From Thermoproteaceae archaeon (GTDB lineage Archaea > Thermoproteota > Thermoprotei > Thermoproteales > Thermoproteaceae): a DNA stretch of 20,260 nucleotides. The notes under the pieces were generated by a model. That model was not told the DNA's origin, ran no database searches, and saw only the letters and a list, made by a program, of their open reading frames with translations. The translations under genes and the position numbers were made by a program. The stretch is taken from assembly GCA_020833025.1 (NCBI GenBank), contig JAJHRB010000023.1, positions 1 through 20,260 on the forward strand, read 5' to 3'. Shown piece by piece: positions 9,346 through 17,406 of this stretch (the first letter of the stretch is position 1; each line of letters starts with the position of its first letter).

Positions 9346-11096
9346 GGCTCCAGAACGACCCACGCGGACACTCTCGCCCTGCCTCCCGCTGGCGTGAACT
9401 TAAACCTCATCCTGGCGCAGGGCTCCCCCACGGCGTACCTGACCGTGGCGTTGGGCATGACGAGGACCTCCCCGTGCGGGAGCCAGCTCCCCCTGAGGTC
9501 CGGGTCTATTTCGACTCGTAGGGTGCCGGACTGATTTGACACCAGGTATATCACCTTGCGCCCGTATCCTGCCGTCAGGATCTCGGAGGCCGGGTAGTAG
9601 AACTGCCCGTCGAAGTACTCTTGGTCGCTGTATAGGCCGGAGGAGTTGATCGTATAGCCATCCCACACCCAGTAGAACCTCGGCGGGAGCTCGTGGCGGC
9701 TTAAAACGCCGGGGTCTAACTCCACAAGGAGCGCCCTGCTCGTCGTGAGGACGTGAGGGTCGTCGCCTATTGACTGCCACATGTTGGCCGAGGCCCACAG
9801 AGTGTTGCGGCACGGCGCGAGGGAGTGTATGTGGAAGGACAGCTTCGCGTGCCTGTAGAGCTGAATGCCGTCAAAGCTCCAAAGCTCAGACCCCATGCTC
9901 CCACCTCTGTACGAGCTCGTTGCGAAGACCACTCTGTCGCCGAGCCTGGCGGCCGGGATGAACCTCTGGAGGCCCCCGCGTCCCGGGTAGCCGTATGCCT
10001 GCGCCCACTCCGGCCTGCCCCAGAGGTCCAGCGCCAATTTCAGCGTTCCACTCCCACTCAGGAAGTATATCCTCCCGTTCTCGTCCCTCAGTAGCGCCAC
10101 CTCCTCAATGCCGCCGAGCATGACCGTGTATGTGTGCGGGCTGAAGGCGCCTATGCCGAACGTAAAGTCCAGCGTGCCGAGCGAGCGGCCGACGTACGGG
10201 CAGTTGTCGCCCGCGAGCGCGGCCCTGTACCTCTTGACGGAGTAGTTCCCCGGCCCCCGCCTGACGAGGATGTACGTCCACTTGTACCTCCCGTCAGGAG
10301 TCCACCCGACCCAATTCGTCAAGATGAAAACCTCAGGATCTCTAGCGCCTCCGCCGCCGACGAATATAGGCTTGATAGAAACTCCGGGCGGCAGCACTTT
10401 TGAGAGGTTTGCGTCTAGCGCCCAGCCCGAGGGCTCCAATATATCGATCTCGCCGAGCTTTCCCCTCTTCAGCCACACGCTCTTGCCGATCACGCCGAGG
10501 GCCAGAACCTCCCACTCCCTCGGCCACCCGTATATGTGCATGTCGGATAGATACGGCAGGCCGTCGGGCCAGTAGCGCCACGTCGCGCCGTCCAGCGAGT
10601 ACTTGTTTCTCACGCCGAGATAGACGTCGCTGCTGAGCTGCAGCAAGAAGTAGTGGAGCGGGGGCCTGTCGATCCCGCGGGCGCCGCCCCTAAAGACCGT
10701 GACGATGACGTCCTCGTAGCCGACCGACCAATACATCCTTCCCGCCTCGTCGTACATGTACCTCTCCAGCACCTTCCTCCACGTCCCGGTCTCAGGGTTG
10801 AACTCATACACGTTATACTGGTAGTCACAGTGCTTAGCGCCTCTAGAGTCGTACCAGCACTTGCCCCTGTAGTAGTCTCCTTGGCTGTTGAAGTGCACGT
10901 AAATGGACCCGTTGAAGCACGTGAGCCAGTAAGCATTGTCAGAGTTGTCGGGAGCCGTATAGATTGTGCCCAGCGAAAATTTTATAACTGCTTGCCTCGC
11001 CGAGAGGTTTCCGTCGATCTTGCCATGAAGGTTGATATAACACGTGAAAATCGCCATGATAGCAATCGCCAAAAATAGAATGCCCTTAACGCGCAT
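9342..11096 (-). CDS. Secreted or membrane-anchored beta-propeller-like protein of unknown function (~584 aa)
   Basis: ATG 11096 gives MRVKGILFLAIAIMAIFTCY (basic residues plus hydrophobic core, i.e. a signal/anchor). The body is rich in W/Y/G and beta-strand patterns, with blade-like motifs YEFNPETGTW, YSLDGATW and ELWSFDG, and 7 N-x-S/T sequons. The fold is inferred. Confidence 0.7.
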   Translation of the reverse strand: MRVKGILFLAIAIMAIFTCYINLHGKIDGNLSARQAVIKFSLGTIYTAPDNSDNAYWLTCFNGSIYVHFNSQGDYYRGKCWYDSRGAKHCDYQYNVYEFNPETGTWRKVLERYMYDEAGRMYWSVGYEDVIVTVFRGGARGIDRPPLHYFLLQLSSDVYLGVRNKYSLDGATWRYWPDGLPYLSDMHIYGWPREWEVLALGVIGKSVWLKRGKLGEIDILEPSGWALDANLSKVLPPGVSIKPIFVGGGGARDPEVFILTNWVGWTPDGRYKWTYILVRRGPGNYSVKRYRAALAGDNCPYVGRSLGTLDFTFGIGAFSPHTYTVMLGGIEEVALLRDENGRIYFLSGSGTLKLALDLWGRPEWAQAYGYPGRGGLQRFIPAARLGDRVVFATSSYRGGSMGSELWSFDGIQLYRHAKLSFHIHSLAPCRNTLWASANMWQSIGDDPHVLTTSRALLVELDPGVLSRHELPPRFYWVWDGYTINSSGLYSDQEYFDGQFYYPASEILTAGYGRKVIYLVSNQSGTLRVEIDPDLRGSWLPHGEVLVMPNATVRYAVGEPCARMRFKFTPAGGRARVSAWVVLEP

Positions 11097-12219
11097 GAGA
11101 GATTTGCGCGAGAACGCGCTCGAATGACTTAGCAAATATCCACGGTGAGAGCCTAGTGTCGAAAAACTGTTTTGCCTTAATTCCTAGAGTGCCTGCGCGA
11201 TCCCCCCTCATCAGCCCTTTAATTATTTTAGGCCACTCTGCATATCTCTCGCCCACCACAACTGCCCCCGACTCTAACAGCCCTGTTATGCGGGAGGCCG
11301 AATTCCAGTCCGTCACAACGACCTTTCCGAAGTACAGCTCTTGAACGAGCGTCATGGAGACTCCGGACAGGACGGGCCTTGCCACTAGCGATATTGCTAT
11401 TTTGCTGTGGAGTCTCTCAAGAGCCCTATCGCTTATGTTGTGCAACAAGTGGACATTTCGCAGTCTATCGGCGAGACCCTTTTTCTTCAAGTATTCCCTA
11501 AAGTAGTAAGCATGCGGACCCGTTATAACCACCGGCACATCAGGACTCCTGAGGGCTATATACGCTGTCAGCTCAAGCGGACAGCTACAAAACACGGCGT
11601 CATTGCCTACTTCATCTACGTTATCGTCGTTGTTACTAGCCATGTCGCTACTTTCGTGAAGTAGCGCATAGCTCGGCTCTATGGTGGTTGTCGCCCCGAT
11701 GCCCCACGCGCTTAGCCGCTCCTCAATGTACTTGCTCACGCACACCGTTACATCGCTCAGAAGGCCCGTGGTGATATACCATGCCAGAGCTGCAGGTCTC
11801 GCAAGCCCCTCCCTCACAGTCACTGCCCTCTCTGCGTGAAGGTACTTGGGGCTGTCCATGTACGTTATGAGGAGCACGCCTAGCTTGCGCGCTGCACTCC
11901 TGCACAGTAAGATCAGCTGTCTGTCTAGACAGAGCACGTAATCGTAATCCAGCGCGTGCATTATGCTATATACATCGTTTGACAAGCGTAAGGGAACTTT
12001 CGGCCTGCTAATTTTGATAAACATAGCCCTCGACTCGCCAAACCTGGATCTCGTAACTATCTCACCACTACTCTCAACTCCTGCTTTGCCCCACAAAGCC
12101 ATGTAATAAATTTTATGGCCTCCGAGTGACAGTGAATGTAATACAGCCAGAGCTAGCCGCGCGCTGCCGTGTACCGGAAACCTGACGTCTTGAGCCCCTA
12201 CAATCAATCCCTTAAGCAT
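11086..12219 (-). CDS. Divergent GT4-like (GT-B) glycosyltransferase
   Basis: Two-domain size (~377 aa from ATG 12219). It has SARLALAVLHSLSLGGHKI, SDVTVCVSKYIEERL, NVHLLHNISDRALERLH and SGVSMTLVQELYFGKVVVT, a GT-B pattern with a degenerate E-x7-E. The track start at 12294 overlaps the upstream gene. Confidence 0.7.
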   Translation of the reverse strand: MLKGLIVGAQDVRFPVHGSARLALAVLHSLSLGGHKIYYMALWGKAGVESSGEIVTRSRFGESRAMFIKISRPKVPLRLSNDVYSIMHALDYDYVLCLDRQLILLCRSAARKLGVLLITYMDSPKYLHAERAVTVREGLARPAALAWYITTGLLSDVTVCVSKYIEERLSAWGIGATTTIEPSYALLHESSDMASNNDDNVDEVGNDAVFCSCPLELTAYIALRSPDVPVVITGPHAYYFREYLKKKGLADRLRNVHLLHNISDRALERLHSKIAISLVARPVLSGVSMTLVQELYFGKVVVTDWNSASRITGLLESGAVVVGERYAEWPKIIKGLMRGDRAGTLGIKAKQFFDTRLSPWIFAKSFERVLAQISHAR

Positions 12220-12256
12220 ATCAAAGGTGCTTGTGCTATTACAGTGAACTGTAATA

Positions 12257-14086
12257 CTACGTACAAGGACATGTTTGTATCGAGACATGCTCACCTGATC
12301 CCAGATCGATTACTCTGTCCGTATTGCATGTACACGTTAATGCCCTAAGCCTAGGGACTCGCTCACGATTTAGGAATGAGTAGAGCTCTGCGGCCTCGAT
12401 GATAGGACTGGAATAAGAATATTCGGTCCTCAGGCCGGCACTTGTGTAAACTATTTTTTTGACAAAAATATCTTTCGAATATATCCACAATGTTTCTACA
12501 TTTGACGATTTTGATAACTCTACAAGTATAGATGCCTTGAGGAATAATGTTGCATCAATTTTAACTTGCGGCGCCTCTCTGATCTTGGCATACTGAATTG
12601 GTGATATATTGGGGTCCTGAGCTGCCACCGGTGCGACTGCCGCAAGCAGCGCCAGCCCCAGCAGGGCTACGAGGAGGTGGCATCCCGGGCGTGCGCGCTT
12701 TAAGCCATCAAGTATTCTGACCAGGGCTTTAGCAGCCAGCGGGTACACTAGAGGCATAAAGACATACACCGTCCTGTTTAGCCAGTAAAATTGCGTTAAT
12801 TTAATCAATCCGTACCCAATATAGGCCGCCAAGATGAAAAACGCGGATGTGGCGTAGAGAACCAGCTCGGCCAGGCTAGCCCTGCCCCGGATCAGGGCGT
12901 GGAGCATGTAGGCCGTCGCCACTGCCAGCGCATAGCTCCACGCGTAGGCCTGAATCCACGGGACTCCTGCCCTCTCGTAGAGGGGCACGTGCACCGTGCC
13001 GCCAGTCTCTCCCGGCGAGCTCGGCGGGCTGAGCATTTTTCCGGCCAATTCTGCGAGGCCGCTGAGCACGTTGTGTACCGCAGGATATATATATTCTATA
13101 TATCCTGGGGTGAGCAAAGACCTCACGAGTGCAACAATGATGATGATTGCCGCGAGCTTTATTAGTGTGCGCACCTCATGTCTGGCTGCGAGCATCTTGC
13201 CGCGAAGCAGTCTGGTGGCTCTCACGAGCTGTTGCATTAGGAGAAAGGAGGCCAGCAGGAGCGGAAACGACAGCGCAGTGGGGTGCGTGAGAATCGCGCC
13301 GGTGAATAGAATTGCTGCCGCGAGCAAGTTCACGCGCGCCCCCTCCCCACCGGCGGCTCTCAGGAATAACGCCGTGGCGATTAGCACGAGGGCGTTTCCC
13401 CCCCACTGATACGGGTGCTGGTGTATCGGCGTCTCGGGCGTTACGGCAACCAGCGGTATTGACAGGAGCGAGGCCCTGCTGTCTCTCGTCACCGCGTAGG
13501 CAAGGGCGTACACCGCCAGGTCGTACGCCACCAGTATGGCCAGAAACACGGCCTGCCCCAGCCAGTAGCTGTACCAGTTGGCGCCCGTCAACCTGGACAG
13601 AGTTGCCTGCAGAAACGCCACAGTCGGCAGGGGGTTGTAGGAAGGGTTGTGGGCCCACCTAAACTGCCAGTGGTCGTTAAGTCTCATCTCTCTGACCATC
13701 TCTGAGCCCTCGCCGATTGCAACATCGATGGCAGGGGCCTTGCCTGAGTACATCACTAGGTGCCACAGTATGAGCGAGGCCAGTGCGAGGCCTGAAGGCC
13801 CTCTCACGGCTATACGGAGGGCATTCATAATTAGAGCGAGTGAAAGTATTACAAAATACGGCACGCTCTCCCTGAAGTCCGCCAGTAATGTGAGAGAGAG
13901 CCCAGCGGCCGAGAGCGCGAAGGACGCCTTGTCGGCGATTGACGCTATAGCGCCAAGACCCGCGCGCCTGGGAACGTCCGGGGCGGGAGTGCCGCCTTCT
14001 CTGTCCGCGGCCAGTAGCATTATGAAATACAGCGGCACTTGCACTACGGCGAATACTAGAAGCGCTTGCGTAAACGAGATCGCCAT
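12257..14086 (-). CDS. Polytopic membrane protein (609 aa, roughly 12-14 hydrophobic segments); candidate GT-C-fold transferase or Wzy-like polymerase
   Basis: Many long hydrophobic stretches, a large early loop with acidic residues followed by YNPLP, and a soluble C-terminal tail after QDPNISP. Function is inferred from topology and cluster context. Confidence 0.6.
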   Translation of the reverse strand: MAISFTQALLVFAVVQVPLYFIMLLAADREGGTPAPDVPRRAGLGAIASIADKASFALSAAGLSLTLLADFRESVPYFVILSLALIMNALRIAVRGPSGLALASLILWHLVMYSGKAPAIDVAIGEGSEMVREMRLNDHWQFRWAHNPSYNPLPTVAFLQATLSRLTGANWYSYWLGQAVFLAILVAYDLAVYALAYAVTRDSRASLLSIPLVAVTPETPIHQHPYQWGGNALVLIATALFLRAAGGEGARVNLLAAAILFTGAILTHPTALSFPLLLASFLLMQQLVRATRLLRGKMLAARHEVRTLIKLAAIIIIVALVRSLLTPGYIEYIYPAVHNVLSGLAELAGKMLSPPSSPGETGGTVHVPLYERAGVPWIQAYAWSYALAVATAYMLHALIRGRASLAELVLYATSAFFILAAYIGYGLIKLTQFYWLNRTVYVFMPLVYPLAAKALVRILDGLKRARPGCHLLVALLGLALLAAVAPVAAQDPNISPIQYAKIREAPQVKIDATLFLKASILVELSKSSNVETLWIYSKDIFVKKIVYTSAGLRTEYSYSSPIIEAAELYSFLNRERVPRLRALTCTCNTDRVIDLGSGEHVSIQTCPCT

Positions 14087-14118
14087 GAGGCTAAGTCTCG
14101 GCCTGGGCCTCTAACGCC

Positions 14119-14811
14119 TTAGCGTCGCCTTATTTTTCTGGCCAGGACCAGTAAAATAGGCGCCAGAGAGGGCTTTATTTTGGCCATGAACAGAGTCACA
14201 CTTTTAATCAGTATGTATCGTGCATACAGAGGGGTTAGCAGTCCGCGTACACCGATAGGCTCAAATCCGTGAGAGAGAATGTGCCTCTTCAAAAGTTCCA
14301 ATGTGTATAAGTTCACATGTCCGTAGCCGTACTTGCTGAGAGGCCTCTTGGGGGAGACGTCGTAGTAGAAGGGCGTCCTCCCCGCTAGTAGGAGTAATCT
14401 ATTAGCCAAGCCTACGAGATTTGGCGTTGATAGTATGAGCAGTCCTCCTTGTTTAAGGACCCTATAAACCTCCTCCAGCATGTTGTCTTTATCGCAGAGG
14501 TGCTCGACGACTTCAAACGCCGTGACAAGGTCCACTGACTGTTCTTCTAAGGGAAGGGCTTCAGTATTGAGATCCGCTCTAACAGCCTCAAAGCCTCTTT
14601 CGCGGCACCTCTTAAGCATCTCTTCATTTATATCCACGCTTATAGTGCGCTTGGGCCTTAATACGTCAGCTACGAATTGTGTAGTGGTACAATCTCCCGA
14701 GCCTACATCTAGGTAAACGATCTTCTCGTCCTTTAATAAGGACCTTGCCTTTGCTAGCATTTCTAGCAGTATATTTCTATTATACCCGATATCGAGCAAG
14801 GGAGAGCTCAC
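14119..14811 (-). CDS. Class I SAM-dependent methyltransferase (Methyltransf_11-like), intact
   Basis: YLDVGSGD (motif I), ISVDI, ADLN..LPL..SVDLVTAFEVVEHL, EVYRVLKQGGLLILSTPN and GHVNLYT. GTG start overlaps the upstream TGA. Confidence 0.92.
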   Translation of the reverse strand: MSSPLLDIGYNRNILLEMLAKARSLLKDEKIVYLDVGSGDCTTTQFVADVLRPKRTISVDINEEMLKRCRERGFEAVRADLNTEALPLEEQSVDLVTAFEVVEHLCDKDNMLEEVYRVLKQGGLLILSTPNLVGLANRLLLLAGRTPFYYDVSPKRPLSKYGYGHVNLYTLELLKRHILSHGFEPIGVRGLLTPLYARYILIKSVTLFMAKIKPSLAPILLVLARKIRRR

Positions 14812-15941
14812 GAGTGTCGCACTCGCCGTAAGACCTCAAGGAGCTTGGAGGCGACCTCTCTCCACGTCGGTATGCTCATAGCCTTACTATTCCCCCTGTC
14901 GCCTCCCGATCCCAGCTCCTCTACGAGGGCCTGTGCGAGGCTGTAGGGGTCCAGGTCGACTACTCTCCCGATGCCTCTCTCCTCAATCCACCTGGATGCT
15001 ATGCTGCCCCTCGTCATGACGAGCCTCCTCCCCCTCGCGAGGACCTCGTTCACCAGCAGCGGGTAGCTCTCACCTGCGTGTCTGGTGGGCATGGCCACGA
15101 CGTCTGATGCATCGATGAGGGCTATCTTGTCCTCCCCGCTCACGTACCCGAGGACCCTCACTCTGCTCCCGATGCCGGCTCTCCCGGCCATCTTCAGGCA
15201 CTTCTTTAGGTACCTCTCGCTGCCCTTACCTGCTATCACGAGGACGGCGTCGGGCACCTCCTTAGTCACGTGGGCGAATGCACTAATTAGCAGATCAAGC
15301 CCCTTTGTTGAGTGTATTCTCCCAATGTACGCGACGATCCTTCCGTCAACGTTGTACTTCCTTCTGAAGACCTCTGCCATGTTAGGAAGCTTCAGGTACT
15401 CTTCAGCGATGCCATGAGGTAGTACTGTTGCCTCCACGGAGTATTTCTCCTTCAGCAGCCTTCTCTCATAGTCGTTCGTCACGAGGGCCACGTCGGCTAG
15501 ATCGGCCATTCTCTGCGTGATCCACCTCTGGTACGGGCGGCCAAATACCTTTATGAGTGGGTTGTAATGATGTTCTAGGTAGTCAACACCTATAAAGTAT
15601 ACCGCTACCGGCTTTCCGAGCATCTTGGCATCCCTGCAGACTCTGTACGTGAAGTAGCTATTTTGGCTCCAGCAAATCACAACATCAGCACTCTCTAGGA
15701 CTCCTCTGGGAACTCTTATTGGTATCGAAAGGTCGGGAAAGTGCAGCCTCAAAGCAACCACCCTGTAGACGTGCGTGCCGTTTATCACTTCCTCTCCCGG
15801 CCTAACCCCCGCGCCGTGCCTACTCGTCACCACGTAGACCTCGTGCCCGAGCCTGGCCATGCCCTCTGCTAGTGCCTTTATCGCGCCCTCCATCCCGCCC
15901 ACGACTGGCCAGTAATGGTGGTAGACGTGGACTGTCTTCAC
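14808..15941 (-). CDS. GT4 (GT-B) glycosyltransferase
   Basis: HVYHHYWPVVGGMEGAIKALAEGMARLGHEVYVVT, LPHGI, YIGRIHSTKGLDLL, LGYVSGEDK and ESYPLLVNEVLARG (E-x7-E). Confidence 0.94.
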   Translation of the reverse strand: MKTVHVYHHYWPVVGGMEGAIKALAEGMARLGHEVYVVTSRHGAGVRPGEEVINGTHVYRVVALRLHFPDLSIPIRVPRGVLESADVVICWSQNSYFTYRVCRDAKMLGKPVAVYFIGVDYLEHHYNPLIKVFGRPYQRWITQRMADLADVALVTNDYERRLLKEKYSVEATVLPHGIAEEYLKLPNMAEVFRRKYNVDGRIVAYIGRIHSTKGLDLLISAFAHVTKEVPDAVLVIAGKGSERYLKKCLKMAGRAGIGSRVRVLGYVSGEDKIALIDASDVVAMPTRHAGESYPLLVNEVLARGRRLVMTRGSIASRWIEERGIGRVVDLDPYSLAQALVEELGSGGDRGNSKAMSIPTWREVASKLLEVLRRVRHS

Positions 15942-16819
15942 GCTCTACTCGTCACGGCTCTCACCATTCCTCTCACTGCCGGCGGCCCGCTCAGCACGGC
16001 ATAAACGGTCAGTATTGCACAACTAAGCGCCTTCTTGCGCACGGGGTACCGCCACTTGTTCATGAAGTAGATATGATTCTTCCACTTCCAGTACATCCTG
16101 TCTTTGAGGTCCGAGTATCTATTACCCCCCTGCTCTGCCGCCAGGTGGTAGGTGTAAAACTTCGGCTCGAAGATTATCTTAAGCCCGAGCCCCCTCACCT
16201 GCCTCTGGAAGTCGCTTTCCTCCCTGTAGCCCGTTCCTCCGTAACTTTCATCGTACCTAACGCCTCTGCTGAGCAGTTCTACTCTCATTGCCATTAGGGG
16301 AGTTATATATTCTACCTCTCTGGGCCCATGTCTAGTATCCAGCACTATAAAGCCGGTGATTCTTGTCAGCGCGTCTGCCATGCACGGGATGACGTTCAGC
16401 GCGAAGTCTGGGTCCACCCTCCTCCTTCTCAGGTTGACGACCCTGCCGCCTACTACTCCCACAGAACAATTGCCGAGCCACCGTAAAGCCTTCACCATGC
16501 TCCCGTCGCCAGGGTACAGGTAGTCGTCGTCGTACATTACCAGCACATCGCCGCCGGCCAGGTTCTCCTTAGCGATCTCCAGTATCATGTTGCGGGCTCT
16601 CGCGGAACCCCTTCTGCCGACCCTCACGTCGTGAATCACCTCGAAGCCGGTATCCATAGCACGCCTGATGGCATTAACGTAGAGCTCGGCCTCGCTTGCA
16701 GAGGCCGCGTCAGCAACTACGATAAAGCCTCTGACCAACCTGCTGCCCAGGAATGACATCAGGCACAGCTCCAGCACCTTGGCCCTGTTGTACGACGGAA
16801 CGCCAACGAATATCGCCAT
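15938..16819 (-). CDS. GT2 glycosyltransferase
   Basis: IFVGVPSYNR, GSARARN, VMYDDDY, VGVVGGRV, YDESYGGTGYREESDF and FEPK..YH. Confidence 0.9.
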   Translation of the reverse strand: MAIFVGVPSYNRAKVLELCLMSFLGSRLVRGFIVVADAASASEAELYVNAIRRAMDTGFEVIHDVRVGRRGSARARNMILEIAKENLAGGDVLVMYDDDYLYPGDGSMVKALRWLGNCSVGVVGGRVVNLRRRRVDPDFALNVIPCMADALTRITGFIVLDTRHGPREVEYITPLMAMRVELLSRGVRYDESYGGTGYREESDFQRQVRGLGLKIIFEPKFYTYHLAAEQGGNRYSDLKDRMYWKWKNHIYFMNKWRYPVRKKALSCAILTVYAVLSGPPAVRGMVRAVTSRA

Positions 16820-16856
16820 TAGCGTCCTTGAGCGGCAGGCAGCACTGCGCCGGTCA

Positions 16857-17406
16857 CTACCGCGGCCCTCCCGCCAGTACCACCAGCCTCCGCGCTAGAG
16901 ATGGCACGAGGCTGGATAGCATATCCAGCGCTCTCAGCCCTCTGGCTCGACCCCCGGCGCGTCCCTCACGTCGACGACCTCAAAGCCGCGGTGGGCGAGC
17001 AGCTCCCTAAGCGCCCTTAGCGTGAAGGGCCTTGCGTGGCCCGCAGGTCTCGCGAAGGTCCTGCCCCCACGGCACGCCTGCCAGAATCTCTGTTGACAGC
17101 CCGCCAACCCGGCTGGCGAGATTCGTCGTCGTGACGAGCAAGCAGCCTCCCGGCCTCATGACTCGGTGCGCCTCCTAGAGCATGCGCGTTGGGGTCCACA
17201 TCGGCGCACTACACCTTGCTCGCGCTCACGGCTCTTGCGATCTCCGCCGTTATGCTGCCGCCGCAGCCGAGATCTAGGAGCGCGTCAGACTTGATGTTAT
17301 GGCGCCGCAGCACCTCTAGCGCCTTCTCGAGTCTGGGCAGCTGCACCGTGCTACCGCGCTGCACGGCCGTGAAATTCGCCTCTAAAGAGCTCGCGCCGTA
17401 CTGCAA
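16857..17406 (-). pseudogene. Degraded class I SAM methyltransferase, homologous to the intact gene at 14119-14811
   Basis: Fragments lie in different frames: LLDLGCGG..ASKV*CADVDP (TAG 17209-17211); ML*EAHRVMRPGGCLLVTTTNLAS (TAG 17175-17177); FARPAGHARPFTLRALRELLAHRGFEVVDVR; and LVPSLARRLVVLAGGPR* (TAG 16857-16859). These are collinear with EEVYRVLKQGGLLILSTPN, GHVNLYTLELL..HGFEPIGVR and KPSLAPILLVLAR of the intact gene. Confidence 0.88.

Noticed and set aside
12454-12460. T7 run (A7 on the coding strand) as a possible phase-variation tract or terminator
   Set aside because: It is short, encodes an in-frame Lys-Lys, and the ORF is intact. No long G/C tracts were seen in the GT genes.
13081-13107. 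Perfect 11-bp inverted repeat CAGGATATATA-(5 nt)-TATATATCCTG, and an (AT)n tract, inside the membrane protein gene
   Set aside because: It encodes PGYIEYIYP. TAT/ATA codons make AT-alternating palindromes likely by chance, and there is no terminator or mobile-element context.
17209-17211. In-frame TAG as pyrrolysine or programmed readthrough
   Set aside because: The gene also has a second stop, frameshifts and a core deletion, so decay is the simpler explanation.
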